Source of the DNA: Paraspadella gotoi
Lineage: Eukaryota; Animalia; Chaetognatha
Length of the DNA: 63,968 nucleotides
Assembly (NCBI GenBank): GCA_051294375.1
Contig: CM119263.1
Coordinates: 5,640,823-5,704,790 of the forward strand
Reading direction: 5' to 3'
Under the pieces are notes generated by a model that made no database searches, was not told the origin of the DNA, and worked only from the letters and a program-made list of their open reading frames with translations. Positions 1 to 14,158 of this stretch are shown one piece after another; position 1 is the first letter of the stretch, and every line of letters begins with the position of its first letter. The position numbers and the translations under genes were made by a program.

Positions 1-290
1 GCGCTCTTTCAAATTGAACTCCCTCAATTCGGCGCTCCTCGCGCGCGCCCGTTCTCTCGGCGGCGCTCTTTCAATCGGCACTCCTCAAGTCGGTACTCCT
101 CCAAACGGCACATGGCGGCGCTCCTCTTCGGCGCGATCCTCAACGTGGCGCTCCTCTCCGGCGGCGCTGATTCAACCAGCATCGCAAAACCCTGCTAGTG
201 GCAGCGTCCTCTTGGCGGCGGTTCCTCACGGCGACACTCATGCATACGGCACTCTCCCGCGGGCTTCTTCTCGCGGCGGCCGCTCCTGAG
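1..290. repeat. Degenerate GC-rich repeat built on CGGCGCTC(C/T)T / CGGCACTC motifs
   Basis: ggcgctctttcaa, cggcgctcctc, cggcactcctc, cggtactcctc and cggcactctc recur at short irregular intervals; truncated by the window edge. Confidence 0.55.
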
Positions 291-885
291 GCTTCCTCGT
301 AAGCAACGCTCATTCATGACGGCGCAGTTTTTCTTTCACTATCTTTCCTCTTTTTCAGATTCCTTAGTCCTCGCCTCTAACTCTATCCTCCTTTCCTCAA
401 TGCTATATTCGCTCTCGTCTTTTCTCGTCCAACTTTATTCCAGAATGAGTAAGCAACCTTTGACGAACTGTCTCACGAGATGACTGTTGATGACTGCGGC
501 GCGGTGCACGTATCATCCTTCCATTTCCTCCTCATCGACAACTTACAAAGCGGTATTCGACGCGGGCAAAACAATAACAGGACAATTCCCTATATGCGCG
601 GTACGAACTCAGATATATCATCATTAATTTAAACTACGCACACGCGGTCGGTCTCCGAATGATAATGTAAAACAGTGAAAATGTGACAAAAGGTGTCAAG
701 ATCTAAGCTCGACCATTCGCTTAGCTGGTAAGATCCCACAAAAACATCAACGTTAGTTTAAGTTTGTCCAAAAAACGGCCCGGAACCATACATTCGTTTC
801 GTTCGCGAATTTTAAAAATATCATTTTTTAACCTATGTGAGGTCTCCACTCTCTGCATCGCCGTGAGGCATAGGCCTTTCCATAC

Positions 886-1023
886 CTTTTTTATGATGAC
901 TCGACGAACGTGGTGTCCTGCACTGGATCGACAGCTCGAACGTCTGCACGCCCGCGTTCTCGTCCTCTCGTGTCCGGCGGCGGCGATGAAGAATGTACCA
1001 CCAGTTCCCGATAAGACGCGGCC
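886..1023 (-). other. Weak candidate internal exon (138 nt)
   Basis: Minus strand ttttttttaataaaaAG|GGCCGC...AAAAAG|GTatgg; length divisible by 3 and two frames open; poor acceptor and no recognisable peptide. Confidence 0.15.
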
Positions 1024-1689
1024 CTTTTTATTAAAAAAAAACCAAGAAAATTCGATACGTTCGCCGTGAGCCCGGAAGGCTATTAGCGCTATTCGAAGAA
1101 GCGCCAGCTAGCCGCCGCTGGCTATCTGCTGGGTTATAGTCAATTACCCCGATGTCGCGTGGGCCAAAGTCCTCTTCGTGCAGCCAGCTAAGTAGTGGTT
1201 TTAATTTACCCCCTATTTGCTCGCTAAATAGTTGAATTTCAAAATAAATAATAATAGTTTGAATATGAAATCTGAATTTTCCACTACTAAGCCTATTAAA
1301 ACTGCTTAATATTTAATGCCCGTGAGTTTCAACGAAGTGTAGTATTGTAGAAATGCAGTGTAGGAAAGTATGAAGAAGCGTAGTGGATGTTCAAACTCTG
1401 GCAGAAATATTATTTATTAAATACAATGTCGAATTACAATTTACATTTCATCTTAACATTTTGGGAGTTAAAAGGATTTTTTACGTTTTTCCTCAAATAA
1501 TCGTTCAAAACTCGTAACGTCGAATCGTTCTTAACGGGCGCCTCAAAAACGGTAGTGAAGGTTTCACAGTAATAGGCAGACATCAAACAAACAAATATCG
1601 ACGACGTCCGTAGCCGTAAGCACAGCGCTAGTACGACTATGCAGTGCATACAAGCTATTCAGTAAAGCGTAGCGACTATTCCTTTACAA

Positions 1690-1750
1690 CGACAGAAGGG
1701 CGACAGAAAAGGCCGACAGAAAGGCCAGGACAGAAAAGCCGCCAAAGACG
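1690..1750. repeat. ~12-bp degenerate minisatellite (CGACAGAAAGGC)
   Basis: About 4-5 units: cgacagaaggg cgacagaaaaggc cgacagaaaggc caggacagaaaagc. Confidence 0.7.
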
Positions 1751-2053
1751 CCCCAAACTTCCGATCTTCTCGTTTCTCGTAGGAGCGGGGGAATACGCCC
1801 CGAACGATTTTTTACGAGAGTTTTGGTGAATAAATTACGTTGGCGGTTCGAGCGATGGGCTGGCGGTGGTCGGGCGGTGGCGGCGGAGGAGAGGAGGAGG
1901 AAGCGAAATTCACGCAATCAACCGACGAATAATACGTTACTCGAGTCTCGTTTCTCCACTGAGAGTTGCCTTCTACTATCGAACCTAATTACTACCTAAT
2001 GGATAGGCAGAGTAATTCTTGTGTGTGTGACTCTCTCTTCTCTCTCGTCTCTG

Positions 2054-2086
<33 letters not shown>

Positions 2087-2290
2087 TTCTCTCTCTCTTC
2101 TCCCTCCCTCTCGTCTCTCTCTCCTCTCTCTCTCTCCTCTCTCATCTCTCTCGTCTCTGCTCTCGATCCTCTCTTTCTTCTCTATTGCTCTCCCTTTCGC
2201 CGCTTCACCATCCGAAGACGGTGACTTCTCCAAGGATTCTTCTGCGAGAGAGTCTGGTAAGAGAGAGAGAGAGAGAGAGAGAGTGAGAGT

Positions 2291-2322
<32 letters not shown>

Positions 2323-3253
2323 GGAGAGAGTTTATTGAAGATAATGAAGGACAAGATGGAAGAAGACAAAACACCGAGACAAGAAAGGAGCCAGATATGA
2401 GATGTGAGTGAGAAATGTGATAAAATCCGAGGTGTGAAAAAGAAGGTTAACCCGAATATGGGATATGTGATAACTTGCAAAGCTGAATCTTTGAAAGGCA
2501 TGACTTTGGCCAGACCTAATGACATAATGGTAAAAACAAAACCGAATGTGATCCGATAGTGAAATTGGAAAAATGTCCGTATGTGAAATGTAAATTAAAC
2601 CCGGATGTCGTCCGGGCGACAACGTCAGGGCGTCCCGGGCGCCGCCCTACAATCGTCGAGGGATGTAATAGCGGAGGCCGTCGCCCGATAATCGGGCAAA
2701 ATTAGCGGCGGCGGCGGCGACGACGGCTGCGGCTGCGGCGGTTGCCGAGGCGGCCGCCATTATGGAGTCAAGGCTGACCGGATGATAACGGTGACGCCAG
2801 GCGTGAATGTTATTCGTTAATCGTCGATTGAAAATGAGAGAGAGGGAGATAGAGTCGGAGAGAGAGAGAGATAGAGACAGAGAGATAGAGAGAGTGCTGA
2901 AAGAAACGCAAATGGCGGGAACTCTGTTGTGGGTCTGTGGTTGAGAGGCAAAAGGACATTGTGGGACATTGTGGTTGAATCGCGATGCGGTTAAATGCGA
3001 CTGCGTGGAATTCCTGATGAAGAATTTCCACTCGTTTAATGAGGACAACAACAAAGTTGAAACAAAAAAGGGGAGGAAGAGGAGGAGGAGAAGGAGGAGG
3101 AGGGGAGGAAGGGTTAACTTTGTCCAACTCTTAATAGCGGTCGATGTAGAACAGTTTGTAGCTCGAGCATCTATCACGAAAGGAGACGAGGTATGACAAA
3201 GTAGAATAGCGAGTGGAATGTTGCATGATGAGATAAAATCATAATGAAAAAAA

Positions 3254-3373
<120 letters not shown>

Positions 3374-3488
3374 ATTAAAAGAGAAGCGCCGTTTAAAGAT
3401 TAATGAGGAATGACAGAACCGAGCGTCGGTCGAAGGACGAATGTCCAGCGAAAGACGACGACGACGACGAACGAAGCAGAAAAACTTT

Positions 3489-3501
3489 GTTGCCTAGCAA
3501 C
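3489..3501. promoter_or_regulatory. RFX X-box motif GTTGCCTAGCAAC
   Basis: Matches the GTYNCY-N1-2-RGNAAC consensus; function not shown. Confidence 0.5.
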
Positions 3502-3991
3502 CCTTGAAACGGCGTCCGCTCCGACGCGCGGCAAAATTCAAACTGAATCGCTCGCCCCCCTCTTCCTCCCCCCTCTAGCGAGCGAATGGGGAAAAGACCT
3601 TCCGGAATTAGAACAAAAGACGGAGAGATAATCGAAGCGTCCGACTGTGAAATTCAGATGATAATCATAGAGGGGGAGACCCTGAAAAATAAAAAGAGGG
3701 GGAGAGGGGGAGAGGGGAAGAGGGGGAGAGGGGGAAGTTAAAAAGAGGGAAGTGGGGAGGGGGATGTAAGGAAGAGAGAAACTTTCAAATAAAGAAAAAT
3801 AAATACTGAAGAGAGATAGAGATAGAGACAGAGAGACAGATCAAGAGAAAAGCGAGAAAATAATTAGTGAAATAAGAGAAAGAGAAACGAATGAGTGAGT
3901 TTTGAAAGGAGTATCGAAATTTAGTAAGTGTTCAATGACAGGCGCAATTAAGCCCATGATTAATGGATCCCGTATGCAAATAAGATCGAGA

Positions 3992-4123
<132 letters not shown>

Positions 4124-4250
4124 GTTCCCCGGAACAGGATCGCGAGAGAGAGACGTTGGAATCGTCCGAGCGGCGACGTATCCTTCACGGTTGACGAAAG
4201 CATAACAATTCCTCCCGTTTGACTCTGAAGGTTCTCTCTCTGGAAGCGCC

Positions 4251-4380
4251 TTTGTCGGTAGACTTTGTCGGTCGCCTTTGTCGGTAGACTTTGTCGGTAG
4301 ACTTTGTCGGTAGTATTTGTTGGTTGCCTTTGTTGGTAGAATTTGTCGGTAGATTTTGTCGGTCGACCTTGTCGGCAACC
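4251..4380. repeat. 13-bp minisatellite x10 (TTTGTCGGTAGAC)
   Basis: Ten contiguous 13-bp units with no indels. Confidence 0.95.
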
Positions 4381-5243
4381 TCTTTGGATAGGCCAAGGCG
4401 TTTGCCAATTCGTCATATTGACATAATTTATACCTAACCTGTATATGATCTGTTAAATGGATACCAATCATAGTATAGCATCATATTAGGGTGCAATGTA
4501 ATACCAGAGTATAGTAACTTACATAATAGTAGAACTTAGAATTAAAAGTTATTCATGAACAAAATGAAAAACGGATAAAATAGAAGCGAAATACTCGACT
4601 TTGTAGAAGGCGACGACGACGACGACGACGACGACGGCGATGACGACGACTACAACGACGACGAGGTTATAACTCAGCGTTAGTCGGACAATAACGGCGG
4701 CGAAACAAAAAAGCGTCTCTCTCTCTGTCTGCGTCTCTGTCCCCGAAAACATTTTGCATTATTAAAATGGCGGAAAGGTTGTGGCTTTGGCCAGAGAGAA
4801 GGAAAGAGAGGTCGAGAGGAAGGTCAAGTCCCGAGAGGAAGAGAGGGAGGGAGGAGAGAGGAAGAGAGGGAGGAGAGGGAGGGAGAAGAGAGGGATGAAG
4901 AAGGAGGGAGGAAGGAGATAAGGAGGAGAAGAAAAGGTCGGCCTCTAGCGGGAGAGAAAACCCGTTCGAGATTAATAAGATAAACCGCGATGACGACGAC
5001 GACGACGACGACGACGACAACGGTCAAAACACTTCCCCCTTGAAAAGGACAATATGGGCAAATCGCTGCGGGGTCGGAATGGCAAGATGGCGAAAAAGAA
5101 GAGGGAATGTGGCAACGAGTGATATTTCGGTCCGAAGAGAGAAGGAGGCTAATGGCAGCCAAAGGAGAAAAGGCAATTATAAAGTTATCAAAAGTGGACA
5201 CGGGGCGGAAAGAGAGAGAGAGGGCTGACCTCCTTTTCAGGGA

Positions 5244-5304
<61 letters not shown>

Positions 5305-5313
5305 CTGATACAG

Positions 5314-5433
5314 ATGTCATTAGGGAGACTCATGCACCTGTAAAATTGCTTTCCTGCATCCTGATGGGAATCAAGCAACTGCAGCCATGGACAACAACAA
5401 CAAGGACTAAATGGGCAACTTTATTGCAAAAAG
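5314..5433 (+). other. Candidate 120-nt symmetric (phase 1-1) exon
   Basis: (TC)n-ttttctgataCAG acceptor and AAG|GTAAGG donor; one open frame xVIRETHAPVKLLSCILMGIKQLQPWTTTTRTKWATLLQK; no CpG in 120 nt although flanks are CpG-rich; peptide not recognised. Confidence 0.3.
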
Positions 5434-7211
5434 GTAAGGATAAGGAATCGGGTAAGTTTTTGCTGCTGAGTCGAGGAAAGAGAGAAGTGAGACTCGCTTG
5501 GGAAGGTGAGGTGAGGTGAGGCAAAGAAAATGGCCGGTTTATGAGAATTCTGAACATCGGCTCGATCAGTGCCATGAGGAATAAAGCGCTCGAAGTCTTA
5601 TAAAAGCAAATCAATTTTCTGCGATTGATGGGCGCAATGAGCGTGGTATCGGGCACGGGGTAAAGAGAAACAGATGAGAGAGAGAGAGAGAGAGAGAGAG
5701 ACTCTCAGAAGTACCTAATCGAATCACCGTCGACCCCCAAAGGATAAAATCATATTTGACCCCAAAAAATATAATCGAATGAAGTTTTGACCTGGAATTC
5801 TTTAGAGGAAAGATTAAAGAAAACAATTCGACTGGAAAATAGAAAAAAATGGGAAAAAATGACGAGGAAAATAAAAAAGGGAGAAAAATGGAGTAGAAAT
5901 AAACATTTGGGAAAATGGAAAAAGATGAAAATTAAGAAAAATATCGTCGCAGATTTGATTAAAAATAAAGATAGAAAATAAAATGGAAAAACTAACAAGT
6001 CAAATATATTCAAAGTTAAAATTATTCTATGACGTTTAAATAATATTACGCTGACGATGGACGATGACGATGAGAAAGACGACGACAAAGGCAACGACGA
6101 CGACGAAGACGACGATCAGCGGTCAAAGGATGAAACTTTAATGATTTCCTTCAAACGCTGGACTCGTAAAGAACCGGGAAAAGGGAGAAGAAGAGCAAGG
6201 GAAGTAGAGCGGGGAAGTAGAGCGCTAAAGGGAAGGGGAGCGAGGATGGAAAACGAGGAAAGGGAGCGGGGAAGAGGAGCGAGTAAGGGGAACGGGGAGC
6301 GGAGAGTGGGGAGCAGGGAGAGGGAGCAAAAAACATGCCGTAATGTCTTGACATCGTCCGTGGTTAATTCTTCTATCTTCCAATTTTGAGTATGAAAGAA
6401 TATTTCGAGTAAGTATATAGATTGCAACGGACGAAGAGAAAGACGAGAAGAGAATGACGAGAGAGAGCGACGAGACGAAGAGATGGAGATGCGATGAGAG
6501 CAAGAGAGAGAGATGCAGAGAGGAGTAGAGAGAGAGAGCGAGAGAGAGACAGAGAGGAGAACACGAGAGTAGAGAGAGCAGCATCCTTCGTCTATTGTTA
6601 CAAGCAAGACCTTGCGGAAGCAGTCAAAGTTCTGTGAGGTTCTCCACTGCAGACTTTGTTATGCATCGCGACCGAGAGAAGAGAATGAGAGGAGACGGGA
6701 CGAGAGAGGTAGCAAGGCAGCAGAGACGAGACGAGAGCTCGAGAGAGAGAGAGAGAGAGACGAGAGAGTGAGATCTCTCTCTTTNNNNNNNNNNNNNNNN
6801 NNNNNNNNNNNNNNNNNNNNNNNNNNNNNNNNNNNNNNNNNNNNNNNNNNNNNNNNNNNNNNNNNNNNNNNNNNNNNNNNNNNNCCCCAAATGTCGATCC
6901 CTGATCCCCTCTTCCCTCGTCCGTCTCTCCATAGCGAATCTTCATCGGTGTCCCTGAGTTTGTAACGCCTGATCAAATTTTCCGGGCATTTCTGCTAATG
7001 ACGATGAAGGGGAGAGGCGGTGTGCGCGGCGCGGCGGGCGCGGTTGCGGCTGGAATCTCTTTCATATATTCAAAGAGAATAATGATAAGGAAAGAGAAGA
7101 GTTTAGCGAAGTGAAAAGAAAGAAATCTTTTTTTTTTAATTCAACTCGGTTTTCTCTCGTCCAATGAGTTTTCGACAAGACATAGTTTCTCAAATGAGGG
7201 GCTTCGTCTCT

Positions 7212-7288
<77 letters not shown>

Positions 7289-7775
7289 TTCTTCTTCACA
7301 AAAACTTGATTTGCATATAGAGATTCACCCACGTTAAAGAATCTCCTTTTTCGGTTGCCTGATTTTAAGTGATTAGAGGTTTTCAATAGTTTTTCAGTTT
7401 ACTTCTTCAATACAAAAAGAATTTTTTTCAAGAGCTCAATTTCAAAAGATGAGTGACTTTTTTCTTTCGCTGACTGCAGATTTAAACCCAAGAAATGTGA
7501 TTTAGTAAGAAGGAAAAGAAAACTTAGAATTCGGTTTAGAACGAGTAAATAAGGAAAAGAAGGAAAAAAGGAAAGGAAAAAGGAAATAAAGGAAAAAGGA
7601 AAAAGGACATAAAGAAAGTGGTTCCCTTTTCTGAGTTTCGGGTCTGAGCGCAGTTGCCTCTTTGAGTCCGAAGGAATTCAAGAAATCTCGAATAAAATTA
7701 TGAATTGGAAGAAGAAAAAAAAATTTTAAATTCAAATAGTTTTTTTCCTCTTGGGAATATCTCTCTCTCTCGTCT

Positions 7776-7854
<79 letters not shown>

Positions 7855-8261
7855 CGCCGCCAAAACCGAACTTGCTTTGTCGAAAAAAGAAGAAAGAGAA
7901 GAAATATTTTTCGGAACAAAATGTCAAAAAACAATTCGCTTTCTGTTTAGGGAATTATTAACTAAAAAATAATGAAAAACCCATAGGCTTAAATCGATAA
8001 TTATATTCAAAGTACAAGAAAAAAAATTATATTGATTTTTTTAACTCCGCATGGAGCGCCACTGGTGATACGACGTTGAAGCGAATAAAATATTCCTTAT
8101 TTCATTATTTTTTTCCGAAATAATAAAAAAAAAAGAAAAGATTGAACGTTATTATTTTCTTGGGCGTCGGAACAATTTATGTCTTCGAAACACGAGAGGG
8201 GCGGAATAATTTTGAAAGAAATTTATATTAAGAATAAAAAGAAGAATCGGAAGAATGACGA

Positions 8262-8450
8262 AAGAATGAATTAGAATGAAATTGAATGAGGAAAAAATGA
8301 ATTAGAATGCAATATAATGGAATGAAACAGAATGATAGAAGAGGGAATAAGATTACAATAGAATGATAAATGAATGAATTAGAATGCAAATGAATAAGGA
8401 AAGAATGAATTAGAATGAAATAGAATAATCAAATAATGAATTAGAATGAA
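8262..8450. repeat. Degenerate GAATGAATTA / GAATG pentamer-based satellite
   Basis: Repeated gaatgaatta, gaatgaaata and gaatgcaa units. Confidence 0.8.
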
Positions 8451-8631
8451 AAGTCAAAAGAAAAAAGTGTATAATAATGTAGAAAAAAAAAAGAAAAGAA
8501 AATGAGATTGGATGAAATGGAGAGACAGTGAGAACTTTTTTCCATTTTGAATTTTGGCGCAAAAATATATTTCCCACTCATTAATTAACTTCCCTTCACT
8601 TTTTAATTTTAACGCCGAAATCAAGACAAAA

Positions 8632-8756
8632 TCTGCCGCCGCCTCGGCCGCCGCCTCGGCCGCCGCCTCTGCCGCCACCTCTGCCGCCGCCTCGGCCGCA
8701 GCCTCTGCCGTCGCTTCAGCCGCCGCCTCCACCGCCGCCTCTGCCGCCCCTCTGCC
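8632..8756. repeat. 12-bp GC-rich minisatellite (TCNGCCGCCGCC)
   Basis: About 10 units; the source of the spurious poly-AAAS/AAAE ORFs. Confidence 0.9.
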
Positions 8757-9146
8757 AGGCGACGCTCGCCTCTTCTTCGCTTTTATCTCTACATCTTCAT
8801 TATTTTCGCGTCATTTTTTTCATTTTCGGTGGATTTCTTTGTCAAGCGAAATTGGCCGGTGTGAAACACACTGTCACACTGGCACACTGAGAAAATATTA
8901 CAACAACACAAAAAAAACTATACGATACTGATTCAAAAGCGCGAACGAACTCGCGAATTTTTCGTTGCAATTCATTTTGTTTCTGGTTAATTTTTCCGCC
9001 ATTTGTGTTCGAGACGTAGTGCCGATTGAGTTGACGTTTGGTGGAGATGGAGATGGCAGGAGGTGGCATGAAATGGCAAGAGATGTTACCAGATGTCAAA
9101 AGAAATAGAAAAGAAAAAGACGACACGAGAAAGATAGAAAGAAAGC

Positions 9147-9234
<88 letters not shown>
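9147..9234. repeat. (AAAG)n microsatellite
   Basis: Perfect tetranucleotide run; complementary (CTTT)n at ~10194-10285, others at ~36270-36390 and ~49156-49236. Confidence 0.97.
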
Positions 9235-10193
9235 ACCAAAAAAGAAAGAGAGAAATTTTGCTCGAAATTCGAGTCTCCCATGAGACGCAGGTGGAAGAAG
9301 CGAAGAACGAGAAAAAGGTAAGTGTAGGGTAAGGGTTAGAGAGAGAGAGAGAGAGTAGGGTTGGGGATGAGGTGAGGAAAAGAAAAGAGGAGGTTAAGGG
9401 CTAAAGAGAGGGTAGGTATGGTGTTTAGGTGAGGAAAGGGTAAGACTCGACGCCAAAAATGGAAAGGATTTTGTTTTGTTCTTTATTTGAGAGAGAAACG
9501 GTACAGGTGGCGACGAATCAAGTTAAATGCAATGACAACAACCACAAAAAACCGGATCAACAACAACGAAAACGATAGCAACAACACAAACAATTTTCAG
9601 GAAGAAATAAAAAAAAACCACGGTTCCGCGAAACCCGAAAAACCACGGTTCCGCAATTCCATCTCCTCCGAAATCGAGTGGCGCCAAAATTTCTTGATTT
9701 GGCGCCAGATTCGTCTTTGATCGTCGATCTAATCGACGCCGCTCTCTGGAGAGGCGCCCAAACTGGCGCGCTCTCTCTAGCAGCGCCTCAAAACCGGCGC
9801 GCATCCGAAGCGCCGCCACATTTCAGCGGAGAAAGAGATGTAATCTTAGGGAAGAAAAAAAAAGAACAAGGCAATTGAGGTCGAGGGGAGAGGGAGAGAG
9901 AGAAGGAGGTGAGGGGGAGGGAGAGAGAGGGAGAGGAGAAGAGGAAGGGAGAAAAGAAAAAAAGGAAAGACAATAGAAAAAAAAGGGCGAAAATAGAAAG
10001 ATAGCAAAAAAATATCTTTATCATCAATCGAAAACAAAAAATTAAAAGGAATAAAATATAAAAGAGAAAATAGAAAAAGAGTTTTAAATGATTGTGAAGA
10101 TTAAAAGTCTTGAACGTAACGAGTGAAAATTGAGACAATTTCATCAACGGAGGAAAAAGACTGACGATGTTGTGAGAAGGAGTTTTCATCAAA

Positions 10194-10286
<93 letters not shown>

Positions 10287-11389
10287 TTCTATCTCTCCTC
10301 TCTTATTTTTCGATACTGTTCTCTCCTTTCTTTCCTATTTTCTCTTTCTTTTCATTTTTCTTCTCTTTCTTTCCTCTCTTTTCTTTCCTTTTTTTTCATT
10401 TCTTTCCTCTTCTTTCTTTCCTTTTCTCCTTTCTCGCATTAAAGGTCGCGCAGAAGAGTCCATTGTCATGGGATTTCCCAAATTCATTCATCTTCAAAGG
10501 TTAGAAAATAATTTTTTTTTCTTTTCTTCGTTTTAAACTTAAATCACTGAACTTTTTCAAATTCTTCCCTCTCACTTTTCTCTCGTTCCTCCTCCTCCTC
10601 CTCCTCCTCCTCCTCCTCCTCCTCCTCCTCCTCCTCCTCCTCCTCCTCCTCTATCAATCCCAATTTCCTTTCCTCCCTTCTCTTCCTCCTCCTCCTCTCT
10701 CTCTTCTTCTGGCGCCCAATTTTCTTTTTTCAGGTGATTTTCAAAAAATCTCGTCTGTGAAGATTTGATTCCGTGAATCGAGATTCCATTTCGCTCCGTG
10801 AATGTGAATCAAATTCGGGCGACTTTCACTTTTGGAAGCGCAAAAACATTACGAAGAAGAAGAACAACAACAACAATAACGAAAAAACCAACTTACAACA
10901 CCATTATGTCGTTACTGTGGTCTGTTAGTGGAAGAGTAAAACAATATTCCATGGTCCAACATTTTATTTTTTACTGTCTTATTAAAAGTACTGTAGGGTA
11001 TTAATTTATTTTAATGTTTACTTAATAGTAAGTTAACTTGCCAGTTAACTTGTATTGTTGTGAGAAAACTTTACGTATTTTCAATTATGTGAGAAACAAA
11101 AATCGTAATTGTAGATAAAATCAGTGAAACCAATGAAAGTCACAACTCTAACCAATCTTGATCCCGATCGCTGATCCACACAAAACCCTCTATCCCCTTC
11201 CACCCCCCATCCACCCCCCAGCCACCCTTCAACATCCCTCAACCCTCTTTTCTCCAGGTGGAGAGAAAAATCGCCTTCCGCGTTTCCGATTTTGTGTGGA
11301 TGCGCGATTTTGTGTGGATGGGCGATCCATCGGGAAAGAAGAGATGAGGAAGGCCATCTTCTTGGTCCCGATAGACAGACAGAGAGAGA

Positions 11390-11442
<53 letters not shown>

Positions 11443-13027
11443 GCGCGGCCGAAAAACGGCGAAGAGTGTTTATGATTAGTTTCATCACACGAAAGCGAAA
11501 TCTGAGGATTTCATCGGAGAATCGCGGTTGTTGTTGTTGTTGTTGTCGATGTTGTTGTTTTCGTTGTTGTTGTTGTTGTTATTGTTGTCGATTTTGTTGT
11601 TTTCGTTGTTAGCTTCGCAGTCGGGAACACGTGGAAGAGAAGGGGACGACTGTAAATCTACCTAATAATATAGAGAGCAAAAATATTAGTTAAACAAGAA
11701 AATGTGTTTAAGACTTTACAGAGTCCTAACTAGAGATTTAAACGTTAGTTAATAAAAAATAAGTGAACAGGTATTGAGGGAAAGTAGGGACTGAGTGGTA
11801 AGGCGGGCAGAGAGACAGGCGGACTGGCGGGCAGGGGTTAGGCGGGCGGGTTGTTGAGTGGTTTAGTGGGCGGGAGGCAGAAAGAGAAATGGATGGATCA
11901 GGTAAAACCCGCCTCTTCATCATCGTCCTCGTCGTCGTCTCCTCTTCCTCCTCCTCCTCCTCCTTCCCATTCTTCTTCTTTCTCTCCTCTAATGAGGACC
12001 CACGGGAAGTCAGGCCGCCTCCGCCGCCGCAGCCGCCGCCGCCGCCGCCGACATCCAGATGCCGAATCAGAATCAGGATTTTGTGGGAGGAGAATGTAAG
12101 GTGGGGAGAGACAAAGGGGGGAGGAGGGGAAAGGGGGAGAAGGGGAAGGTAGGAAAATGAAGGGGGAGAGGGGAACAATAGTGGGAAGGGATAGAGAGGG
12201 AAAGGGGAGAGGAGAAGAAAGAGAAGAGGATCAGAAAGTCAGAAAACTGGAAATTTATCGGTAAAATGAAAATTTCAAACTTATACCTGATAACGGATAA
12301 TTATATATTCTTTACATGAGAATGTTTCCTTACAATAATGAGACACAGCTCGAAGTTGAGTCTGTTAATTTTTTATTTGCCCTCAAGGCTCAAATAGATT
12401 TAAGCTAAAAAGCTGAACTCAAGCTGAACTATAACCGCGGAACAATTTGATTTAAAAAAAAAACTGTATAAATTTTAATTAAAAAAAGAAAAGCGTATTA
12501 TACAATTTAAGCTGTGAACCAAACGTCAAATCCAATAAACGTTAATTCATTTTGCTTATTTTAAATTTTAAATTCGTCTCTTACTTTTCCTGACCTCCTC
12601 CCTCTTTTCCTATTGCTCCTTTTGCATTCCAACATTTCCTTTCTTCTCCCTTTTCCTTTCCCCTACAGCCCCCCGAAAAAAATCTTTTGTTTTGTGAAAA
12701 ATTTCTCTTTTTTTGTTTTCGTCCGTGGTCCCTAGGGTCGCCAAGGTTGAGATTTTCTTTCGATTTTTAAATTTTCTAAAAAAAAAAAAGTTTTTGAGAC
12801 GAAAACTGACGTTTGGATTTTAAATCCGTTTAAACTTAAACGGATTTTCGATCAAAGATTTTGACGAAAAAGGAAAAGGATTTGGGGTAAGGTCGGGTGA
12901 GTTGGCTTGAATATGGGTTAAATCTATGTGACTCGAGAGGGAGTTGGGTTGAGATATATCTAAGTAAGACAGAATTAATAGCTGACTGATTTCAATCGCT
13001 CTTTCTTATATTATTGCTGTTTCATCT

Positions 13028-13075
<48 letters not shown>

Positions 13076-13271
13076 CTCGCTCTCGCTCTCTCTCTCTCTC
13101 TCAACATTTGGTTCTCTCAACTTTTAAAACTAAAAATCATGAATAAAACTCGAAAAACAAAAAGGAAGCGAGAAATCAATAAATGCATGAAACACCAGAT
13201 GTCTCTACTAGCTCGAAATTGCTTTTGGTATAGTGAGAAAAATGCGACAATGCAAATATAATGCCGCGCAA

Positions 13272-13467
13272 ATTGCAGAACCAATAGAGGCGCCGATTGC
13301 AGAGCCAATGGAGGCGCCGTTGCAGAGCCAATGGAGGCGGCCGATTGCCAGAGCCAATGAAGGGACGCCCGAGTATGGCAGAGCCAATGAGGCGCGATTG
13401 CAGAGCCAATGAAGGCGCCGATTGCAGAGCCAATAGAGGCGCCGATTGCAGAGCCAATGAAGGCGCC
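13272..13467 (+). repeat. 24-bp minisatellite x8, each unit with a CCAAT box (GATTGCAGAGCCAATRRAGGCGCC)
   Basis: CCAAT at 13281, 13305, 13328, 13354, 13384, 13406, 13430 and 13454. Confidence 0.92.
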
Positions 13468-13744
13468 AGTCGCGGTACCGATCGCGTCACAACTTCCGCT
13501 AACAACAACAACAAAAAAAAAGGGAATCGATATCGAAAAGGAAATTCTTTTAATCTCGGTGAAAGCGAATCCGGAATTTACGGCCGCCGCCACCGCCGCC
13601 GCCGCCGCCGCTGCCGCTGCCGCTGCCGCCTTAACCGCTCTCGCAGACTCTCTCTCTCTCTCCGAAAACGTCGGTATTTACGAGGCCGGAAATAAAGCTT
13701 TTTCTTTGCCGACAGAATCCGGACGAGCAAAATGTCGGGCGTAA

Positions 13745-13830
13745 TGGGTGAATGTCGGTCACTGTCTTGAAAAGTGTCGCTGAATTTCGGTGAATGTCGA
13801 TGAATATCGAAGAACGTCGATGAATGTAGT
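13745..13830. repeat. 10-bp degenerate minisatellite (TGAATGTCGR)
   Basis: tgaatgtcgg ... tgaatttcgg tgaatgtcga tgaatatcga agaacgtcga tgaatgtagt. Confidence 0.8.
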
Positions 13831-13932
13831 CCGTAAATATTCGTTATCTTGTTTCTAGTTCAACGTTAAAGGTTTATAAAAATTAAGCATACGTAAAACC
13901 AATAGACGAGGATGAGAGAGCAGAGAGAAGAG

Positions 13933-13974
<42 letters not shown>

Positions 13975-14070
13975 AAGGAGAGAGAGAGAGAGAGAGATGA
14001 TGCCTCCCTCAGCATCCAGCGAGGGCTTGTGAAACAAATGATGCAAAAATTATAGCGCGAGAGAGAGAGA

Positions 14071-14158
<88 letters not shown>

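Noticed and set aside
1104-1132. Helitron-like 3' hairpin (TAGCC...GGCTA)
   Set aside because: No CTRR terminus at the expected distance and no identifiable 5' TC end.
2647-2830. Poly-Ala ORF end resembling a transcription-factor tail (..MAAASATAAAAAVVAAAAANF..)
   Set aside because: Explained by a GCC/GCG-rich repeat; no clear splice acceptor or conserved domain.
4251-4380. CRISPR-like regular repeat
   Set aside because: Contiguous 13-bp units without unique spacers, no cas genes, eukaryotic context; the same applies to the 24-bp array at 13272.
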